Source: an uncultured bacterium (GTDB taxonomy: Bacteria; Bacteroidota; Ignavibacteria; OLB7). Taken from it: a stretch of DNA of 64,000 nt. A program made the position numbers and the translations under genes. Numbering within the stretch: position 1 is the first letter of the stretch; the number at the start of each line of letters is the position of its first letter. The stretch is from NCBI GenBank assembly GCA_966128725.1, contig CBHYLN010000007.1:1031-65030 (forward strand), given 5' to 3'. The notes beneath the pieces were generated by a model. The model did not search any database. It was not told the DNA's origin and saw only the letters and a program-made list of their open reading frames with translations. Positions 52,088 through 60,028 of this stretch are shown here, one piece after another.

Positions 52088-52338
52088 AATTCAGGCAGTC
52101 TGATGTGGCGCGGGGCGCGATGGCTCTCCGACGTTGCGTGCCCATTCGGAGGGAGATGCGCGGCGTGATCACACGGGCGTTTGAAGATAGGGTGTTGCCG
52201 CCAAATGCCGGCTCGGTGCGCGGTGGGGCAACCGAGCGGTGTTGCAACTGACCGAAGCGGACGCCCTGCCGCGATCAACACCGGGCATGATGTGATCGGC
52301 TGCCCTTCAATGCGTTGCGATCATCCAAGGGGGTGACG

Positions 52339-55300
52339 TTAGTCGTTCGATTCCGCGATACGCATACGAACGCGTTCGGCTTCGGCATGTTTGTCGAGTT
52401 GTTCCAGCGCCGTGCACAGCAGCTCGGCAATCTCCTCGTCGCCTATCATGGCGGCAAATCCGTTGGTCAGCAGGCGCTCGGCGTTCGACGCATCACCCTT
52501 ATCCAAGAGATCGCGGCCCGTACGCAGAATCAGTTGCCGGATCTCGTTCTCGAAGCGTGCTCGAGCCAGGTCAAAGAACTCGTCGTATAGCGAAGGGAAG
52601 GCAACCTGGCCATGAACAATCTCCAGCGCCTGGGCAATCTTCCTCTGTGCTCGTGCGGTAGCACCTTCGCGCAGGGCCACTGCAGCAGCGCGGAGCGCGT
52701 CGGCTGCTTCCAGCAGATCCACATCCACCAGCTCGAGATTCAGTTCCGGCGTCTCCGACTCGGTGAGCACCGAGTCGTGCCCCATTAGCTCGCGCAGGCG
52801 GAACACAACGCCGTTCAGCGTCCGCCTCGCTTTGTCCGGATCCTCGTTCCCTGCGACAATCGTGCTGAACTCTCTATACGTCAGGGGCTCGTGCAGAATC
52901 CGATTGGCGATCATCAAACCCAGCAGGGTGCGAAGGCGTGAGCCGCGAATCGGGATTGGCTGGCCTCGCATCGGGTGGAACGAGACGATGCCCAGCATGG
53001 TCACGCGCGGCCGCTCGCGGGTTGCGTCGCCAAATCCTGGAGCCTGTGCATTGCGTTCGCGCGAGATTTCGGCAAACTGTCCGCGCCATCGATAAAGCTG
53101 TTTAGGCTCCAGGTACTGCGTGCCACACTCCAGAAAGTGCTGCATGCACTGCGGCAGCTTATGATCAACACACCACTTCAATGTCGCCTCGATCATCGTG
53201 GCCAGTTGTGGATGCAGGTCCGTTGGCAGGGATGGGTCGGGCAGCGATGCGCCGAAATGGGATACCAATGCCAGCAGCGCGCGTTTCTCGTGCAGATCGG
53301 AAAACCGAAGAACGTCGGCACCGATTGCCCTAACAAGCAGTTCTCGTACAACCGAGCTGTCGGTTTCACCGTGTACGTAAGCTTCCACCAAGGGTACAAA
53401 CGTTGCATTGGCCTCACGTTCCATCGAGGCCAGCGAGCTTATCTCGAACCCATATTCGTGGCCGAGAACAAGCTGGGCTTCCGGGCGCAGGTATCGAATA
53501 TCGTCCAGGAACGACGGAGCGTTGTTTGCCAACCACTCCGCATCGTTGAAGTGAATGGCCATTTCCACTAAGGCCAACCGAGCGAAGAGCTTAAAGTTGG
53601 GAATGTCGTTGGGAACAGTGGCGCACAGGAAGTTCAGTTCGCGTTCGATCTCACCCAGGTTGGCGCCAACCGCACCAAGGGCGCACGCCCGTGCCAGTGC
53701 GCTGTAGAAATAGTTGTTCGTCAGATGAAGTTCGTCGAACAGCGGCATCGCGTAGTCGGCAATGCTGATGGCGTCGTCCATGCGCCCGATCAGGTACATG
53801 AACATGAGCTTCGAGGCCAGGAAGCTGAGCCGGCGTCGAGGCTCCAGGAGCGGCTCCACCTCGGCAAGGATCTGAAGGCGCTGCTCCAACTCCTGCGACG
53901 TATTGAACATCTCCAGGAAATGGAAGGCAATGATCTGGCGGATCTGATTGCGCATCTCGCCGGTGGAGCCGGGCGACGTGGCCAGGGTGAGCAACTCGCG
54001 CTCGATTTCGGCTACCGCATCGATTGCGCCAACATAGATCATCGAACGGGCGGCCGATTCCAGATAACTGACGTACGCCACCGTGAATCGGAGTTCCGGG
54101 TGCTGTGCAACGAACTCCTTGGCACGCGTTCGCGTGGAGTAGCACATCTGGGGGTCCACACGGCGTCCCAGAGCGTGCAGAAACCGGAATGCGTTCAGGC
54201 GGTATTCCAGCATCGATGCAGGCAACGGGCCATCGGTTAATGCCAACAATTGGTGAACAAGAGAGCTGTATTTCTCGTGTTCCTCATCGCGGCGCATCAG
54301 CATCAATTGGCAGCAGAGCAGCTCGGCCTCGAATCGACGGTTTGCTGCGGCCGAGCGTTGTGGGGCGGTGGCCAGAGCAATCGCTGAAGCGGCGTTCCAC
54401 GCGTCGGTGCCCAACTTCCAGTCGGGGCTGCTGTCCAGGGCATTGGCAACGGCAATGGATCGCGTAATGGCTCGTTCGGCGGTGTCGGGGAGTGAGCCCA
54501 GCTCGTTGCCCGCAAGTGCGATCAGGCGAAATGGAGCGATGGAATACAGAGGCCTGCCCTGCCCGATGATCTGGGTGATGGCCACTGCATCGATTGTCGC
54601 ATGGCGCAGCAGATAGTTGTGCAGGATCGTATGCGAAAACGCCAGCAGCGGAAAGGCGGACTGCGCACCCGGCATCGGAGTTGCCGGCGTACCGGAGTGT
54701 GCGATGATTCCCTTCGATGTCAGTGTGTCGAGCAAGTAACTGTCATCCGACAGCAACGCCTTGGCGGTTTCGGCCGCGAACACCTCACCAAGGCAGGCAA
54801 GCCTTGCAGCCGCGCGGCGTTCGTTGTCGGTCAGATGCGCAACCATCCCCTCGGACAGCAGGGCCACATCGTGCCGCAGGGTTTGCGCGAGCTGCTGAAG
54901 AGGAAACGGTAGATGCCAGCGGCCGCTGGCATCGTCGTATGCAATCGCGCCAGAACGCAGCGCACCGCGCAGTGCGGAGCGTAATGCCAGCGGGTTTCCC
55001 GTGGTAGTCTCCAGAATAACCTCGGCAACCGGCATCGTCTGTGCGATATCGAACAGGTTGCTCAGCAGCAGGGCTATGTGTTCGGCGGTAAGATTGCTGA
55101 CCTGAATGGTGTCGACCACGTACTGCTCGATCACCTGTTGGGCGGCAAAGTCAACCGGTCGAGCAACGCAGAGCAGCGAGATCATTTCGCTACGAACAGC
55201 CTCAAGAAGGCTCTCCAGCTCGGCGAGGGATTCGGTGGTAATGAGATGGATGTCCTCGATGATGAGGAGCGTTGGGCGAATTTGCGTTACGCGACGAAGC

Positions 55301-55644
55301 TCCGAAATCAAGCTCCCGAGCGACCCGGCCGTGTCGTCCCAGCTTCGGACCTGGCGTATCCCGGAGCGCCTGAGTGCGCGGGCAATCTGAGGGCCAAGCG
55401 ATGCCGCCGATTCCGGATACAGCTTGGTATGGAGTACGGTACCGCCGGCATGCACGATGCTCGGGATCAGCTCCTCGATCAAGCGACTTTTGCCGATCCC
55501 CTCCTCGCCAATCAACAGCATTGCCTGCAGTCGATTCGCTTCGGACGTCGAGCGCCAAAACTCCCACAGACGTGCCGATTCGGACGTTCGGCCGACGTGC
55601 GGCAGTATACCATGATTCAGAAAGTCATCCAGGCTGTCTGCCAT
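52339..55644 (-). CDS. AAA/STAND-type ATPase with C-terminal SARP/BTAD-like regulator domain
   Basis: Walker A GEEGIGKS, Walker B LLIIEDIH, TTGNPL; C-terminal VTMLG..LRTLLGL..LNGVVFRLRELMG..VDVD..helical BTAD-like region. Confidence 0.8.
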   Translation of the reverse strand: MADSLDDFLNHGILPHVGRTSESARLWEFWRSTSEANRLQAMLLIGEEGIGKSRLIEELIPSIVHAGGTVLHTKLYPESAASLGPQIARALRRSGIRQVRSWDDTAGSLGSLISELRRVTQIRPTLLIIEDIHLITTESLAELESLLEAVRSEMISLLCVARPVDFAAQQVIEQYVVDTIQVSNLTAEHIALLLSNLFDIAQTMPVAEVILETTTGNPLALRSALRGALRSGAIAYDDASGRWHLPFPLQQLAQTLRHDVALLSEGMVAHLTDNERRAAARLACLGEVFAAETAKALLSDDSYLLDTLTSKGIIAHSGTPATPMPGAQSAFPLLAFSHTILHNYLLRHATIDAVAITQIIGQGRPLYSIAPFRLIALAGNELGSLPDTAERAITRSIAVANALDSSPDWKLGTDAWNAASAIALATAPQRSAAANRRFEAELLCCQLMLMRRDEEHEKYSSLVHQLLALTDGPLPASMLEYRLNAFRFLHALGRRVDPQMCYSTRTRAKEFVAQHPELRFTVAYVSYLESAARSMIYVGAIDAVAEIERELLTLATSPGSTGEMRNQIRQIIAFHFLEMFNTSQELEQRLQILAEVEPLLEPRRRLSFLASKLMFMYLIGRMDDAISIADYAMPLFDELHLTNNYFYSALARACALGAVGANLGEIERELNFLCATVPNDIPNFKLFARLALVEMAIHFNDAEWLANNAPSFLDDIRYLRPEAQLVLGHEYGFEISSLASMEREANATFVPLVEAYVHGETDSSVVRELLVRAIGADVLRFSDLHEKRALLALVSHFGASLPDPSLPTDLHPQLATMIEATLKWCVDHKLPQCMQHFLECGTQYLEPKQLYRWRGQFAEISRERNAQAPGFGDATRERPRVTMLGIVSFHPMRGQPIPIRGSRLRTLLGLMIANRILHEPLTYREFSTIVAGNEDPDKARRTLNGVVFRLRELMGHDSVLTESETPELNLELVDVDLLEAADALRAAAVALREGATARAQRKIAQALEIVHGQVAFPSLYDEFFDLARARFENEIRQLILRTGRDLLDKGDASNAERLLTNGFAAMIGDEEIAELLCTALEQLDKHAEAERVRMRIAESND

Positions 55645-55944
55645 ACCGGTTCCCCTACAACCGATGTATCCGAGCTCATTCGTACACGATCTCAACCCCT
55701 AACGGACGGTTTCGACATTGTACCACTGCGACCAACGCATGCGCATATCTGACAGCGGAAGTTACTGCATTGGCAGGCGGACAACATAGCATCGGCGACG
55801 GCCTCTAACCGGGTGGATTTTGCTGCTGTGATGCCTGCCGGAGCAACGTATCTACACGGAATTTCCCAAACCGTTTCACTTTTCGGTGAACTGTGACCGC
55901 ATTGAGACCCAATTTGAATCGCTCGACATTACCTTTGTTATTGA

Positions 55945-57060
55945 GGGATATACCTGTTCGTAGCAGAGAAGAATGGCCGAGCCTGAACCACGGTCCTTCT
56001 TCTGACAGGTTCAAGTACGCTCCTCGTTACCCGCAACCGGACCTCAGTGGGTAGCGGGGAGCGCTTGTTTCATACCCACCTCCGTTTCGGGGTGTTGCGA
56101 TACCGTTCGACGCCGTCAATCACCGCTCGTATCTCAATGTATAATCCGATTCCGTTTGCGGGGCCGCCCCACATCGGAGCTCTCAGGGCCCGCAGCTCCG
56201 CATCACCAGTATGACGCTGAGCGGAGTGGACTTGAACGTTTGTTAAAATTTTTTAGCTGAAATCGTTCGATTCAAGCGGCTCACGGCCCACTTGCGGAAC
56301 TTTCTTTGGCGTGGGGCTTGGCCGGGGCAACAACATCGACGTATATTCGCGCCCGTTATTCGTTCCGTACGCGGAGCGATGGGAAGTTATGTGTTGGGGT
56401 GGAAAGGTTGATGGGAATCCTGACGCCGAAGTAGGGCGGCCGAGCATGCGCTCCTGGTCTGGGGCGTCGTGTTGCTTCTTCGAAATAAAGAAGGGCAGCA
56501 TGACTTCCTGGTGGGCACCAGGCCTTATCATGCTGCCCTAACTGTCGGTTGAGAGTAAGCCATCGAGATCAGCGCTGGGCAATTGCTGCCTCGATGTTTC
56601 GCTCAATGCTTCTTAGAGAAAAGGACCTCACTTCTCCGAAGCATTCCGGTTGCGTTGCCGGTACTCATATCCAGGATGCGACCTTTCCACCCCGATATTT
56701 TTTGCACCATCACGCGAGCCATCGGATTCCATTCACTACGGATGCCACGTTTGGACCTCGAGTTATCCGCAGATGCATTAATCCCTGAGCGTTTTCAAAG
56801 ACCTCACCGACTACCACAGGACCTCTGTTCTGGACCCCATTGAGACGCGGTTGGACCCCCGCGCTGGACCTCAATGCCACACTGAACCTCATTTTTTCGC
56901 CGCTGGACCGCAACGAAATCTTCACGATGTCAAATCCCGATCTACTCGGGAGCGATGAGCCGGCTGGACGACCAGCTCAACACTTTTGTTGGTTATCGTT
57001 CTCCGAGCACCTGGCCGCGAATGGGCAGCCGGGCCAGGTGCTCGAAGAATCGACTAACAC
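55945..57060 (+). ncRNA. Candidate large structured ncRNA (or tandem RNAs) with repeated GGACC hairpin loops
   Basis: No credible ORF; TACCTTTG at 55930; many stems whose mismatches are G-U on +, including a 20-bp long-range helix 56391-56410/56679-56698; seven GGACC between 56623 and 56909; ends are inferred. Confidence 0.55.
56987..57059. terminator. Long hairpin between the convergent candidate RNA and the 57099-57629 gene
   Basis: Perfect core CGAGCACCTGGCC/GGCCAGGTGCTCG (57004-57016/57032-57044) with imperfect extension. Confidence 0.55.
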
Positions 57061-57098
57061 CATGCCACCGAAGTGGCTCTGCCAAACTTTCTGGTTCG

Positions 57099-57629
57099 TT
57101 ACTGAATGCCGCTGCCGGACGTGTTTGTCGAGCTTACATACTCGAGCGTCGGGCTCTCGCTAGAACCACTCACGCTGTACACGCGCTTGACGACATCTTG
57201 GCTGGCTGCTTCAAAGTCGGTCTGTGTACCCGAACCGTAGCGGGCAACTTTCGACTCCGTGTAGACAGCTGTTTGCGAACCTGATGTGTAGCCTTGCAAA
57301 GTTCCCTGTCGAACGGCTTCGGCCGAAATGGCGTTGACAACCTCACCATCGGTCGTTACGTCGATCGACCCGTCGGTCGAGACTACCTGAATGCCCGAAA
57401 CCGACATACCGTATTCGATATTACCGTTCGAGCTGCGCAGGATCGTGATCTCGTTCATGATCTTCGACTTGGACTTAGTCGAAGAACTGCTTGTCCACCC
57501 ACTTGGCGTGACGGTTGTTGTTACCGTCATTGTGCCCACCACAGTCGATCCGGACCCCGCGGTAGTCTGCGCCTTCGCCGAGACCGAGGCGAGCAGCGCG
57601 GCTACACAGCACACTGATAGAAGTTTCAT
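57099..57629 (-). CDS. Small secreted Ser/Thr-rich hypothetical protein
   Basis: Signal peptide MKLLSVCCVAALLASVSAKA-Q; beta-rich mature chain; no family recognised. Confidence 0.75.
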   Translation of the reverse strand: MKLLSVCCVAALLASVSAKAQTTAGSGSTVVGTMTVTTTVTPSGWTSSSSTKSKSKIMNEITILRSSNGNIEYGMSVSGIQVVSTDGSIDVTTDGEVVNAISAEAVRQGTLQGYTSGSQTAVYTESKVARYGSGTQTDFEAASQDVVKRVYSVSGSSESPTLEYVSSTNTSGSGIQ

Positions 57630-57853
57630 GAATGGCCCTCGTAGCAGATTGAGCCCCTCAGCAGTGTATCGTCTGTGGGATTCTGCAAGGCCGGTCTGAA
57701 ACTGTCGCCTGTGTCAAAGAACTCGGGTAGAGGTCATTAGCGACAATACAAACCTAACACCTGCAGATACCAGCCCACAAGTACACTTTTGAGGAGTGTT
57801 GTTGGTTGCACCTCATTTGCACCAGCCGGTTTACACCGAGTTCTGGAGCAATT

Positions 57854-57926
57854 CCAAGTTAGCGGGCCAGCGGTAGGAGAATATTCAACCGAAAGGTGGA
57901 TGGGGTGGTTGATTCGCCGGGTGGAT
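57854..57926 (-). promoter_or_regulatory. Candidate LuxR/MalT-type operator array plus promoter
   Basis: On minus: ATCCACC-N6-ATCAACC-N5-ATCCACC-TTTC-GGTTGA-N23-TAACTTGG. Confidence 0.6.
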
Positions 57927-58002
57927 TAATCCTGAAGGATTTAAGGGGTGGGGTGGGGGAGGAGCAAAGATGGCCTAATCCATTATCGTATCTACTTACG
58001 TG

Positions 58003-59280
58003 TTACGAATTGTCGTGTTGTCGCTCTCCGAATGTCTGTGAAATCAGTCGCGATGTAAAATACTTGGCGAAGAGTTCCGCCTGGCCCCGTGTGCCTGTCT
58101 TTCGGTGGATTTGCTTGAAGTGCTTCTTGACGGTGTCGACCGTCACGGAGAGCATATCTGCCATCTCCTTGTATGAATGACCCATTAATTGCAGGATTAC
58201 AATCCGTTCTTCCTGCGGACTCAGATGAGCATCATCCACCAAAAACGTCAATGCGTCGTGAAAAACGCGATCCACTGGGCGATCAGCCTGGTGCCGGGCA
58301 ACCAGGTCGGAAAACACGAACACCATGAACTGTTTCAATGATACCATCAGGTGGCGCGTGGAGTCCGCGATAGCGGGCCGTTCGATCTCTCGCCACAACA
58401 GCACGGTCGCCAGGTAGGCGATATCCTTATAGTAATAGTCGAAGATGAGCGGGGCGTGGTATTTCTCCATCGGAAACCCTTGTTCCCGCGCAAAATCAAG
58501 CAATCGCTCGGATGGGCTGCGCTGGCTCTTGTCCACTGTAACCAGTGAATCCTGGGGGCGGGTATCCCTGGATGATGACGGCGAATCCTTGACATTCTGC
58601 CGAATACTCAACACCGTGGCGTATTCGCCCGGATCATCCAGCCGGCAATCAACGTTTACGTTGACGGTTATTCGGTCAACATCGCCCAAAAGATTGCGGA
58701 GGTTTTCACGGAACGCGCTGCCCCACTCCCGTACATCGCTGGATGTCGGCAATGCGTTCAAGAAGTTGATGACCTGATTGGAAACGCCCGAAACGGCGAA
58801 TCCTGGCCGATCCGAGCGCCTTGGCCCATCCGCCCCGTGCGACACGCGCCATCCCCGGGGTGTGGCGCCCACGGTGCTGCGCAGCAGATTCCAAACTCCC
58901 GACCGGCTGTACGTGATGCCATGCTCCGAGGCGAGCCATGTTTGAATGCCGGTTAATGCGCCCAACCCTTCGGATTCAAGCTGCTGTTGAAGTGATTGCA
59001 GGGTTGCGTTGTCAATCCGACGTTTGCGGCCGGGAGTATTGCGGTCGGCAGTGGATACCAGGGCCTGCAGACCTCCCTTGCGATACACTCCCCACCAGCG
59101 CTGGAGACTGCGCTCCGAGCACCCTAATTCATCGCTGAGCTGCGAAAACGTCAAATTTGGACGCTCTTTCAGGATCCGAAGCATGCGCACACGCGAATGC
59201 TGAGGTGTGCCGTTGTGGGCTTCCTCCGATTCGAGCAATACCTGAAGCGCTTCGTCGACTGATCCTTTAGGCCGAGCCAT
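58003..59280 (-). CDS. Transcriptional regulator: IS630-transposase-like N-terminal HTH domains fused to a C-terminal LuxR HTH
   Basis: LGCSERSLQRWWGVYRKGGLQAL..PGRKRRI..IQTWLASEHGITYSRSGVWNLLR; C-terminal LSPQEERIV..GHSYKEMADMLSVTVDTVKKH..IHRKTG. Confidence 0.8.
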   Translation of the reverse strand: MARPKGSVDEALQVLLESEEAHNGTPQHSRVRMLRILKERPNLTFSQLSDELGCSERSLQRWWGVYRKGGLQALVSTADRNTPGRKRRIDNATLQSLQQQLESEGLGALTGIQTWLASEHGITYSRSGVWNLLRSTVGATPRGWRVSHGADGPRRSDRPGFAVSGVSNQVINFLNALPTSSDVREWGSAFRENLRNLLGDVDRITVNVNVDCRLDDPGEYATVLSIRQNVKDSPSSSRDTRPQDSLVTVDKSQRSPSERLLDFAREQGFPMEKYHAPLIFDYYYKDIAYLATVLLWREIERPAIADSTRHLMVSLKQFMVFVFSDLVARHQADRPVDRVFHDALTFLVDDAHLSPQEERIVILQLMGHSYKEMADMLSVTVDTVKKHFKQIHRKTGTRGQAELFAKYFTSRLISQTFGERQHDNS

Positions 59281-59491
59281 CGCGGGCAAGTCGGGTTCTT
59301 GGAAGAATAACTGGCCAAGGATAGCGTTTCCGCGCGACACAGACAAATGTACGGTGTTGAAAAATGCGTGGCGGTTATGCGTGAAAATGCAATCTGGATG
59401 CGGGCGTTGTGTGTCTTTCCTCCTGGCTGTCAGCAGGCAATGCTCTTGACATAGATTGAGAGATACTGTCCAGAATTATGTGGCGGGATAT

Positions 59492-59530
59492 AAAAAACAC
59501 CGACTCTCAGCCCATTGAAAGTCGGTGTTT
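59492..59530 (-). terminator. Intrinsic terminator (minus strand)
   Basis: AAACACCGACTTTCA-ATGGGC-TGAGAGTCGGTGTTTTTT; the single non-Watson-Crick pair is G-U on minus. Confidence 0.85.
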
Positions 59531-59840
59531 GACGTACTGGTATGTACAAGCGGTCAGGTCATGCGCTTGTACGATTGGCCCATCAGATACGGGGGACGAC
59601 ACAAGGGTCCAACTTGTATCGTAATCCGTGGAGCCCTAGATGTGATTACAGAAGCGATCAGGTCTTTCGCTACCGCAACCGATGAGAATCCAAATTGCTG
59701 CCACAGAAAGGATTCCCGAACATCTAACGAAACAATACTTAGCTCTGGCGCATCTTCGGCGGCTCACTCGACATTTCGGGTCCGGAACCGCTCGACGACC
59801 TGTATCCAACCATATGCTGGTCTGATACCCACAACTGAGT
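59492..59840 (-). ncRNA. Candidate ~350-nt sRNA with four GACC-loop hairpins
   Basis: Bounded by operator + TAAGTTTG promoter and an intrinsic terminator; loops CGGACCC, AAGACCUGA, UUGGACC, CAUGACCUGAC; no credible ORF. Confidence 0.65.
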
Positions 59841-59844
59841 GGTA

Positions 59845-59904
59845 CAAACTTACAGGGCGTACAAGGGTGGTTTGTCAACCAAAAGGTGGATGTCGGGGGT
59901 GGAT
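59845..59904 (-). promoter_or_regulatory. Candidate LuxR/MalT-type operator plus TAnnTTTG promoter
   Basis: On minus: ATCCACC-N6-ATCCACC-TTTT-GGTTGA-N22-TAAGTTTG; 16/17 identical to the box at 57885-57901. Confidence 0.65.
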
Positions 59905-60028
59905 TTCTTTGCGAATGTTCTGGGGACAGCGCAATGATGTCCGCTGTAACCGCTCAACAGCTCCACTGCGCGCCGCAAGGCCGTTGCCAGTGCGTGCTGG
60001 CGCCCAACTGGCCGGCCACGCCGATACG

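Noticed and set aside
56605-56920. GGACC cluster as a CRISPR array or restriction-site (GGWCC) cluster
   Set aside because: The repeat is only 5-7 nt with irregular spacing and no cas genes; all copies are in one orientation, which GGWCC sites would not require
56253-57284. Short ORFs in the 56-57 kb gap as real genes or a pseudogene
   Set aside because: They overlap on both strands and show no protein motifs; the apparent Leu-Asp repeats come from GGACC copies in different frames
58850-59346. Active IS630 element
   Set aside because: No DDE domain or terminal inverted repeats seen; the HTH region is in frame with a LuxR domain
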